From the NCBI GenBank assembly GCA_051530055.1, contig CM121343.1, positions 3,938,389 to 4,002,388 of the forward strand: a stretch of 64,000 nt of DNA, read 5' to 3'. Of the stretch, positions 12,984 through 23,446 are shown in pieces; the stretch's first letter is position 1, and each line of letters starts with the position of its first letter. Below the pieces are notes generated by a model, which was not told the DNA's origin, searched no databases, and saw only the letters and a list, made by a program, of their open reading frames with translations. This DNA comes from Neoechinorhynchus agilis (lineage: Eukaryota > Animalia > Acanthocephala). A program made the translations under genes and the position numbers.

Positions 12984-13090
12984 ATCTAAAAATTACGTAA
13001 CTGCGAATTAAAAGATTCCATGTTCAATGAGAATTCAGACACGAAAGAATTTAATGTTAATCAAGAAGTTTTTTCCATGATTGGATCCTA

Positions 13091-16000
13091 ATGACCTCTT
13101 CTTCTGGCTTAGGAGGTGGCAGTGTGGTCAGCGAATCACCTTCAAGGTCTCCGCCTTCAAGTAATACTGGCCAAGTATTTCAGTCAAGGTTGATCGCGTC
13201 ACCGAGAGGATATGATCAACTCTTCTGTCATACTAATGCAAAATTTCTCGATGTATACTCATTGGCTAATGAAAACCTCGATCTGAGGTACCATTACAAA
13301 CTCAGACCTACAACAACCGGGGTAAGGATCGTAGTTTTAAACTGACACGAACTGAAAACCTGATGCCAACTAGGTAATTAGTTGGTATCCGGGTAAGGAT
13401 AATCCTTCAGTATTCGCGATGGCTCATATAAATGGCAGAATAAGCATTGAGAAGTGATTTTGTTGTTGTCAATCGCCTTATCAGAGTGTTTATAGCGTTG
13501 GAGATACCGATTTCGTCGCTGATAGCTTCGATTCTAACGCAAACAAAGTTATTAACTGCGAATATGGACTGTTTGGCCAAAACCGAAGAGTTTTTCAACT
13601 TTGTTGGAACAAAACTTATTTGAACGTAGTAAGTTTTAGACAAATCTACCAATTTGCGTTCTTCATTCGTCAATGGCTTATTGTGAACACAAAGGTTCTT
13701 TTATAAACGCCTTTAGAAATGATTATTTTCTATTTTGAATAATCGCGACGGGTTTCACGGATCTTAACGTGGTCTGCCTCAACGCCAGATCAAGAAGATC
13801 CTTCGAAGTGATAAATATTGAATGTTGGTGGTGGTGAACATAATCTCCCGGATTCCTTTATTATTATGAAATATTTCGAAAGAGGAAACCTCATCGGTTT
13901 TATGTGTTCTTTGGTGATTTAAAAAATAGAGGCTTATTGATCTCAATATTTCGTCTCGTCGGACTTCTTCAAGTTGTTTAAGTGTCTTATTCTCGTATTG
14001 AGATCAATAAATCAGTATTTTTTTTAAATCACCAAAAAACACATATTTTATATTGTGTCTTTGATTTCAATCGAGGGGAATTCCAATTTATTGACAGTTG
14101 CAACCTTATTAACCTCCCCGATGACTGATTTATTTCTACGGATTTTCGTCTGCATGCAGACCTTCGAATATTTAATAACTTACAAGTAATACCTAAAGAG
14201 GTCTGAATGCAGACGAAAATTCGTACAACTAAATCAGAGGAAACCAGAGAACAAGGAAAGATTCCCAATCGGTCATTCTCCTGTAAAACTCCAAAGACAA
14301 ATCCCACCTCCCTGCCTCAACATCCGACATCCAGACAACTTCAGCAAAGATAGATGCTGGCAAGTGTATGGATCGTTCTTCTTAATTAATAAAACGTGTT
14401 TATTATTATACGAACCTTAAACCAGGAGATTATGTTCACCACCACCATTCAATATTTTACGAATGATCTTATGAAATTTACTAAAAAATCGAGAGGCTCT
14501 TGCTGTATTACGAAGTTCGTTACAGGAAAACAACTGCCTACGGGGACCAAAGCACATCCATAGATTATGTCGATCTTTTAAGGTTTCCCTATCTAGAACT
14601 AAAGTACATATTTTACTATGGGACACACTTAAAGTACGATTTAATCGTTTAGTTGTGCAATAACCATTAAAATAGACCGTCTAAAAGTATGACAGTGATG
14701 AGGTCTAAAGAAATTTGTCGGTTTATACTGTACAGGGAATTCAGATTCTCTATATTATACGGCGTATGACAATTGCAAATTGAAAAAAAAAGATTTATCG
14801 TTTATATTATCCATATAGTTTTTGTAACCTTAATATAGTTAGCAGCTATTTTGGAAAAATATCGCAATGAGTCAACTGTCCATGTATGGGATCTCAATTC
14901 AAAAGTCGATTTATCACCAGGATTGGGAATCGCACAGCGATTGAGATCGGATTCCGGCTCTACCTCTTTTCATTCACCCCCTACAAAATGGGGAATAACA
15001 GAATTTCAAGGTAACTTTATTTCGTTCTTGTATCAAATTCAAACGAACAGGTTCAATCGATGTATCCACATCAATGGTCTGGACAAGCCATGAGAAATTG
15101 AATTTGGCAGTTGGTTACGCTGGTAATCGCGGAATACGACTTTATGACTTACGAATTAGAGGTACATTACAACCTCCTTCTTGCTCATTAATCCTTTTTT
15201 ACTCATTTCTAAAGATAAATGCAACGTTGCTCAATCAGGAAGCTATAATTTCTCTAGCAACTTATGTATGCGAAGCAATAGCGATTATGAACTAACGTCG
15301 ACGTTTGAGGTTGGAAGATTTTTTGAACTTTTGGTATCTTAAATGTTCTCCTTAGGACCAAATTGCGTTTTGGGATTTGCGTTCATTCATTGGTCCATAT
15401 TTTAATGTACATTGGCTCTTACTCTTAAAATTCAGCTCGCTTCTTATTACTGGTTCGCTGAACACTTTGCTGAGTCGCAAAAACAATATCGCATATTAAA
15501 AAAAAAGTTTTAATGTTGCTTAACAGAAATCTATAGCGCATTTCTGAGATACAAGCATATATCGACGGCGTCTTTAAAAAATTATTTTCTAAATAGAAGT
15601 TGGTGCAACCGAAGATTCATAAGGATACTTCGTAGCTAACGTAACTGCAGTGGGTTCTAATATCAAAGTTTCATGAGTCTGTCTATAATTGAGTGAGAAT
15701 CGATGTCAGTGTGTTGAACTTAACAGACGGTGGTACTCGAATTTTAAATCTGGAATGGGATCCAAACAGGTTGTTAAGACTGTCCATCCCATTTTCACTC
15801 ATTTGCATTTAGTGCTCAGCATTTGGCACTTTTGTGTTCACCAGTGTGGAAATCACCCACTGCTCATTCATTGCTAACTAGTATTCGCGTTTTGAGCATC
15901 CGTTGCCAAACCGCTGGAATGATGAATATGTGTCACAGGAATGCTTATCTTGAATTTCTTCATTGTAATGGCAGCGACATGACTTCACAAAGTAATTGCT

Positions 16001-19000
16001 GTCACGATGATAAATTTTCAAACTTTAACATTTTTAAAGGTACTTTAGGAATTGAAACGCCAAGTGGATTGTGTTGGACGGAGAACCATAAACTTCTTTC
16101 ATCTATTCCATCCGATGTAAAAGGCGTTTACAATGCCAGTGATAAAACGGATATCATTCAACAAATACGAATGTGTGACCCATGTTTGGCGGTGAGTTTA
16201 CCAATGTTTGAGGTTACATGAAGTAAAGTCGAACATCGCAGGATCTTTCTAGTAGCGAGGACCGCATTGTGCGAACCGCTCCGAGTATCGACAATACGAT
16301 CGTTCTAAAGATCAGTAATATTTCTGCATTTGATTTTGGGATACGACCGCTGGTTTATAGAGCACGCTACACTTTCACGGCTCCAAAGACATTTAGCGAT
16401 GATGTGAGTATTTCCGATAGTTTGTAATTAATGAGTTTTTCAAGGCGAGTAATCTATGCTTGAGAGTTGAATTATTCCTTATTATCAATGTGCGGCCTTT
16501 TGCCACGGCTGATAATTTTCCTTCGGCACACAGCCCACCGGACTGGTCCAGATAAGCGCATAAAATCACTTATTGCCCTGAATTATACCGTTATGAGTTT
16601 GTACATTCCTCCGGATCCTCAGATAGCTCCCGAGGAGGCGCCACTTATCAGTGAGTTTCCTCCTCCCTTCAACGAGTTATTTCGTCCAGTTGACCCTTAA
16701 CTTGGATCAAGTGCATTAGTCCACTTGAAGCCGTAGAAAAAGGCAGCACATTGGTACTTAATGAAAGTTACCGACTGGCCAGTCTTTAAAAATAGGAAAA
16801 TATTCCTTATTAGAATGTTACTTAAAGGCAGGAATATTTTCATTTTTCTTGTCGCATCAGAGTTCATTTTAAAAACGCGAACTGCAGATTGCTTTTGCGG
16901 ATTCGGTATCAATTCGCAAACAATAGGATTATATGCCTATGACACCTAAATTGATGAGAAACTCCAGGGAATTTCCATGAGCAATAAGATTTATTGTAAA
17001 TGCTTAAGTCCTTTTCGTTGGGATCCAAATCATGAATTTTCAACGTTTTATCTTTATTGACCTAACTCTAAACAAGATATTAACGTAAAATTTCCATTTT
17101 CGTGTGTTTTTTAACAGGCGCTGTCAGGAGAGTCCGATGAAGTAAAATGCGCTTGGTTGTGGGTAAAAAGTAAGTACCCTCATCATTTATAAAGCACATC
17201 TAAATTTTTTTAGGAATGTATCGAATCCGTGAAGAATCTAATTTCGATCTACACGCAACCTTTAATGGTGTAAAACATGCAGTTCAAAAAGGTTTGATGG
17301 TTATACGTTGGTTGGGTGCTTGTGAGATCTTATTTATAACCTACAGTGAAATGCATAGATGAGATTGAAGACATTGCGCATTCATGTGATAACTCAAAGA
17401 TCGGTCCCGCGCCATATCCGAATCTCCATGAAAGGTTAAAATTTGCTAGCTATTTTCAAATATTCTTCTCTTGGATTGGTAGGCAGTTAGCTCTTGCTAT
17501 TTGCGGCTGGAGTTCTAGTACCGATCCAAACGTTATTTACGACACAATTAGCAGGTACGATATGTAGTGATGTTATTTGCTTACGAGTTTACAGTCAAGT
17601 GAGTGATATTGAACGAAGAGCAGCGTTGGTTATATTCCACGGATGCTTCTCAAAGGGATTAGAGATTCTTGCTTCCATCAAAGGTATCTTTTGGGATCCT
17701 TATTGCACAGACTTTAATATTCGTTTAGATCGCATCGACCTTTGCGCCATTGCGGCCGCTCTATCGAGTCTAGGTTCAGATCGCAAAGCTACATGGTATA
17801 AGATGGTACAAACTCTCATGTCTGGATCAAGCATGGGAGCCTATATTAAGTGGATATTAGAGTTCGTTACAGATGATGATAATTCTTTGTTTAATAGCAT
17901 GAAGGTAAGTATTTTGTCGTTCAGAGTCCACAATACATTGTCTTTAGGCGGATGACTATGGAGAAGGTATTCAATTAATGGATTTGGCTGGATTTGCGTG
18001 TCGCTTTTACACTAATGCACAAGTAGGTTTTAAAAGGAAACAACATAATCAATCGGTAGTTGTTGTTCTATTTTACATTGGCCGATTTAAATTGATCTAT
18101 TGTGGTTATCCCGCGAATTCCGCAAACCAGCGACAGGACCGAAGATTAAAAGTTAAAATATAACACACGATTCGAGTTTTGCAATTTAGTGTCAATGAAA
18201 TGAATCTGCACACCGGTCACATATATTATTAACTGAATGATTATTTAAATTTATTTTTGCAAGTGGAATGAAGCATAGCACCTTAGAAAACAAGCAGTAC
18301 AAATGTCGCAAATTTTAATACATTTCATTTAAATTGTCGATATGTGACAGGAGGTACCGTGAGACGTTCTGCGAACATCGTCGGGTTCATCATCAGTTCG
18401 TTTGCAAGTGTTTACTATGTTGGTTCGCAGAACGTCTTTTTAATCGAAATAATCATTTACCGCGGGTGTAGACTTCTAAACAATAATTACATTTCATTTA
18501 GCACGAAGGCGATCAATTCCGTCGAAGCTGCATTTTTCTGAATACTTCAAAATTTCCCCTACCTCCATTTTACATTAAGTCAACTAGGATTGGTTAATTC
18601 CTCCCAACGAATTCTGCTCGTTACTCACCTATCTCTCGTAGTTACATGAATTTATTGACATTAAGTTTCGACTTGCTGTCCGCCGTGGACGACTGGATGC
18701 CATTTTCCTATCAGGTACAAAGATTGTTAAAGTACTAATAGAAAATATGCGTACAATGAAAAAAAACTCACTAGGCCTATCAGATGATGGCGTTGAACTC
18801 ATTCAATCTTACGTTGATAGGACAAACGATTGCCAGACCGCGGCTTTCTTCGGAACTTTAGCCCAATATTCGCGCGGCTCTGCCCGTATGATAGTCCATC
18901 GGAATAACCTTGTAGCGAATTGGATTGAATGGTTAGTTCTTAACCTCCATACCATCCGACTCTTGGTTTTTTCCATTTAGTTATAGAAATTCCCTGGACA

Positions 19001-19690
19001 GAAGGATGCTTTGGCTTGACAGGTGATTACTCTAAAAAAAGACTAGACTTTGAAACATTGTGATTGTGTAGAGCAAATTTTGATTGTAGAACGGGAAGTC
19101 CGAGTTTGGTAATGGATGAAATGGTCGGAATCGTGTGTTCTTACTGCGGCAAATCTGCTACTCGTACAACCCAGATTACACAGACTGGGGTTCCACCAAA
19201 GCCGAATTTGTTTAAGAGGGTATGTGTATTTACTGACGCATTCGCTTTTGTTTGTTTGAAAAGCCTTGATGTTGATCTCCCTCTTAATTACAGAATATAT
19301 TTGCATCAATGTTTTGTTGTTGTTGTTGTTGGATTGATCGCATCTCCAAACGCGCTTACATTATAGGTGACTACATGTTCAACGTGCAAACGACCCTTGC
19401 CACGATGTATATTATGCAAACTACCCATGTGCTCAAGCGGAAATTGTTTCTCGTCGATTGGTATGTTTAGATTACACTCTTGATCAATGAGATCACTTAA
19501 ATTGATTCATATTATAGAGGGCTCTAAAATGTTAGACTGGTTCAGTTGGTGCCTCTCCTGTCGCCATGGTGGACATCTCGTGCATCTGAACAAATGGTTC
19601 AGCGAGCATGAACAATGCCCAATCTTGGGATGCAGTTGCCGATGCGCACTACTCGATGGCTACGACAAGCAAAAGCTATTACGTAGCTAG
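13091..19690 (+). CDS. MIOS: GATOR2 subunit MIOS (Mio/Sea4), multi-exon
   Basis: WD region LEKYRNESTVHVWDL; ERRAALVIFH; DLAGFACRF; DGVELIQSYVDRTNDCQTA; VCSYCGKS; C-terminal zinc domain WFSWCLSCRHGGHLVHLNKWFSEHEQCPILGCSCRC. Start codon and many exon borders approximate. Confidence 0.9.
13790..13900 (+). mobile_element. MITE family 1 left half (further fragments at 2795-2915, 14415-14470, 27520-27600, 54700-54770)
   Basis: aagatccttcgaagtgataaatattgaatg..ggtggtgaaca...ccggattcctttattatt, matching 63700-63765. Confidence 0.7.
14220..14410 (+). mobile_element. 3' end fragment of the L2/CR1-like LINE family
   Basis: agaacaaggaaagaYtccYaatcggtcat...ccacctccc...caacatccg...aataaaacgtgttt shared with 28410-28590. 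Confidence 0.7.
16467..16730 (-). mobile_element. tRNA-derived hammerhead-SINE, decayed copy B (MIOS intron)
   Basis: Head caagtggactaatgc, B-box region deleted, core mutated to CUGAUAA, stems II and III disrupted; tail homologous to 41161-41290. Confidence 0.8.
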
Positions 19691-20541
19691 AAAACATAAT
19701 TTTCTATTTAAATAATACCCACCCTCCATTTGTGTTTTTAATAACAAAAGTGCATTTTTGGGAAATTATGTAAAGCTGCATTTTCTTTCCATGAAAACTC
19801 GCCTGTGCGAGTGAGTTAACTTCGAACATTAGAAGGTTTATTGCTTATTTAAATGGGATGTGAATCGCTCTCATAAGAAAAGGGTACCTGAGTATCTTTA
19901 CTCTGAATAATAGCTTTAGTTCCGATGGAACTTATTGCAGGTTTTTATTTATTACAAAACATCAGTGCTTGTGTATATACACAACTTTCGTCCATGTTGC
20001 CTGCCCTAAAAGGATTTCATATTTACTGACATGAATGATTTGTTCCGGTTAATCCATCGACTGTTTATTCTGACCATTTCACATGCCGTAAAGAAAACTA
20101 GAGATACATTGTACCGATCTTAAGAAAACTTATTTGGAGTCTATCGACACTGTTATCATAAATTAATCACGAATTCATTACATAAATGCAGATTGCATTG
20201 AGAGAGGCGTCAATTCCGAATTTTTTAACCAATGGATCTTCGATTTTCTAAATACTTATCTGCAATTGTAAACTGACACTTTTTTATAGCGAATTATAAT
20301 ATTTGATTGATTTATTCCCTACAAATTAGTAAATGATGAGCATCTTTACAATTTACTGAAAACTCGTCAGTTCATCCATGGAATGCGACACTTTTTGTCG
20401 TGGATGTCTTATGTGGAAATGGTGATTAATAATATGACCTAATCATTAAATCTTATCAATATTACGACGTACAACGTGGCTATAAAAAGGTTTATGTGAC
20501 ATCGAATGAATACTTTTAACTCCTGAATTAAACCTATCGCT

Positions 20542-21060
20542 TTACTTCGGAATCTTGACCAATTTTTGTTCGAGTCTTAGTAGGGCAGGTTGGGAAGAGA
20601 TAAAGCTGGTTTCATCCAAGGCTATCCTGTGCTGCATCCTCTCCGTGTGATTAGCGATTGCCGATGAATGGTCAAATCGTTTGCACGCATATTTGTGCTG
20701 AGCAATCCGTATTAGCAACCCTTGTTTGGTTTGGCCGATATACGAAGCCTTGCACAACCTGTCCTACTAAGACGTCTTATAATGGAAGCAATGATGATTG
20801 CTTAGACGAAAAATACGATGGAGGGCAATAGGTTGAACTTTAGCTTGAAACTACCTCCATTGCACAATCTCTGTTTGGTCCGGAAACACGGGTCTGGCAC
20901 TCCCGGGATCCCTAGCTACGGCATCCACTACGAATCAAGGGAGCAAAAATGCGATCACGTAACCAAACGATTTTTGAAGTTTAATTTTGGATTAATGCTT
21001 GAGAATGCTCAATATCTTTATGGGCCGGAGAGTAGGAATCACCTCAGCAACAACATTTCC
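20542..21060 (-). mobile_element. Decayed Penelope-like element fragment (GIY-YIG endonuclease end)
   Basis: CKASYIGQTKQGLLIRIAQHK...SAIANH matches the Penelope GIY-YIG pattern (YIGQT..L..R..EH, SA.A.H); upstream part interrupted by stops. Confidence 0.75.
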
Positions 21061-21612
21061 TAACTAATTTTCCACTTTACAGCTTCTTAACGAGCTTCAA
21101 AACGGAATGGCACGCATCATTGAGTTGCCTTATTTAAATGAAATAAGTCTTTGCAAGAAAAAAATGAAAGATGCATCAACTAATTAATTTCCATTGAAAT
21201 CCTCCCTGCTTAAATCACAGAAACGCTATGAAGAAATTATGAGAAAAATTCTAATCATTGTATATTGTAGTCGTATGTAGCTAGAATTATGGCAGTACGC
21301 AGTTCTTTCATTCCACAAAGATTTTAGAGACGCCTTGAATAAGTCAATTCTTGCTTCCACATTAGTTTTAAGATCTCTCGGTGAGAATAAGTTAAGACAC
21401 TTAAAATAGCATTTAGAAGCTCATCTCCGGTGCACTTTTCGACGAAACAATAAACCTTGAATTAGAACCTTAATCAGAGTTCGATCGAAGTGACCTTTGA
21501 ATACCAAAATGGAGTACGTATGAAATTGAATTTGAATATTAAATCGATGTTTCTTTAATTTTTATTTATTTACTCGTTCGGGGAAACTCGGTACCGGTCC
21601 CAAACCCGGTTT

Positions 21613-21845
21613 GTGCTGAGGTGGTCAAGTGGACTAATGCTCCTGATCCCATTTAGGGTCAACGGCTTCGAATCCGTTACCGCCGATGATGCACTACCAA
21701 AGGGAACGAAATACTGTTGACGGGAGAAAACTCACTGATGAGTCCCGCCTCCTGGAGGTATCTGAGGATCCGAAGGGATGTACAAACTTATAACCGTACG
21801 GTCTTGGCCATTGAGCGCAGACCAGCGCTTCCCAGATCGAAATCG
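21613..21845 (+). mobile_element. tRNA-derived hammerhead-SINE, copy A
   Basis: A-box tggtcaagtgg, B-box-like ggcttcgaatcc, then permuted hammerhead 21702-21766 and a tail shared with 42965-43030. Confidence 0.85.
21702..21766 (+). ncRNA. Non-circularly permuted hammerhead ribozyme (copy A)
   Basis: gggaac-GAAA-uacu (21702-21715); cuca-CUGAUGA-guccc (21731-21746); ggua-U-C-ugag (21757-21766). Predicted cleavage 3' of C21762; one A-C mismatch in stem II. Confidence 0.7.
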
Positions 21846-22747
21846 AGGTCTTAATTGCTTCATCGATCTTTTGATTAAATTCTGGTGTCTTTTATGAAGT
21901 CTAATCGGTAAAATAAAGATAAAAATAAGAAAGTCAACCGAAAAAGGTATAAGCAGCGGAAGAGAGCTTTAAAGTTGATCAAGAAAAAGTTATTTGATTT
22001 GAAATTTATTGATGTTTTGATATCGATAATCAAGGTTGTTTGTCTAGAAATTGAAAGACAAATAACTCAAGAACTATTACATCAGTCGCAAATCTGAGAA
22101 GAGATTTGGAATCAGCGTGTTGAGATGTACTAAATTAACTTACTTAAGCATAGGTTGGTTTCTTGCTAACGCTGTAAATCGCAGGTGTTTTATTTGTCAA
22201 AAGTCAAATGTGAAAGATCATGAAATTTGAAATAGTCAACAAAATTGGTTAAAACCAATGAAATCACAGCATCAGAAATACCCAAAATGCCTTATCAGGT
22301 CTTACCCGCTTCATCGATTTTTTGATTAAATTCAGGTGTCTCTTGGAAGCGCAGGTTTTATTTCCCTGATTGAAATAAAATCCGCGCTCCCACGTTCATT
22401 ATAATACAAGTCAATTCAGGGTTTGAGGACCACCTGCCGCCGTGTAAAAGAATAATGGCTTAGTGTGATTAATTGTTGTATTTTTTATTATCATATGTGT
22501 ATCTTACGAGAAAAAATACTTACAGGAAAGCCTTAGAGACGATCAGCCTTTTGCCTTTTCTAAGTGTTTTAGTAATGTTCCAAATCAACAAACTTTGAGA
22601 AAGGATTATTGAGGACGTCCTAAGCTACTTAAAAAAGAGACATGAATTTTAGGTTCCACTGTTTGTCTGCGTGGCTGTCATTTAAAATACAAATCTCATG
22701 AATGACAATGACCAAATAGTATCTTAATTCTATAACAATGTGAAGAT

Positions 22748-23194
22748 TTAGTCAACGGCGTTTGGGTCAACATCAAGCTTGTGATCATTAATATCGGGAA
22801 TGTCGTCGTACAAATCGAATTTATCGCAAAAATATCGAATTATCCTTTCTGGACTGTAGAGATTGTAGGCGTGGTTATCAGGGATCTCCGCTTCGAATTC
22901 CTCTTCCATAGCACATACGACGTCGACGTGGTCTAGACTATCGAGGCCCAAATCCGTTTGAAAATTGCTATTCAGATTGAGCAGTTCAGGATCGATTTTA
23001 TCGTACATTCGGAGAACAAACATAACGCGTTTTTCGATCTCATTTCTAGAGTGAGGGTGATTGAGCGAAAGCAGCCGATTATTACAGACGATCGGTATCG
23101 GTTTAGCAAGCAAAAGTGTGGATTGCGGTGGCCATTTAGTTATATGTCGCCGAAACATTATGTTTAAGGAACGGCATAATATCGGAACGTGCAT
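22748..23194 (-). CDS. NDUFAB1: Mitochondrial acyl carrier protein, intronless
   Basis: RVMFVLRMYDKI...FQTDLGLDSLDHVDVVCAMEEEFEAEIPD with the phosphopantetheine DSL serine; basic N-terminal presequence. Confidence 0.95.
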   Translation of the reverse strand: MHVPILCRSLNIMFRRHITKWPPQSTLLLAKPIPIVCNNRLLSLNHPHSRNEIEKRVMFVLRMYDKIDPELLNLNSNFQTDLGLDSLDHVDVVCAMEEEFEAEIPDNHAYNLYSPERIIRYFCDKFDLYDDIPDINDHKLDVDPNAVD

Positions 23195-23446
23195 CTAAAA
23201 GTATGTAGAAATAGTTTTCGGTCATCCTTGCTCCCTTTTGCGACGTCGACTTTTAAATCGTTAATCACACGAAAATCTATACCTTTCAAACAGGAATTGT
23301 ATTTCAGGAGTCTAATTTACTGAAATCTACGCGAATTTATCCAAAACAGGCACCGGTTACCGAAGCTACCGCACAAACAAAACATTACAAACTCGTTCAC
23401 GTGAATCATTTTTAACCTTACCTAATCGCCAATGTCACCACTATTG

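Noticed and set aside
21613-21685. Functional tRNA gene
   Set aside because: A and B boxes are present, but acceptor and anticodon arms are inconsistent between copies and the head is always fused to the same downstream body; it is better explained as a SINE head.
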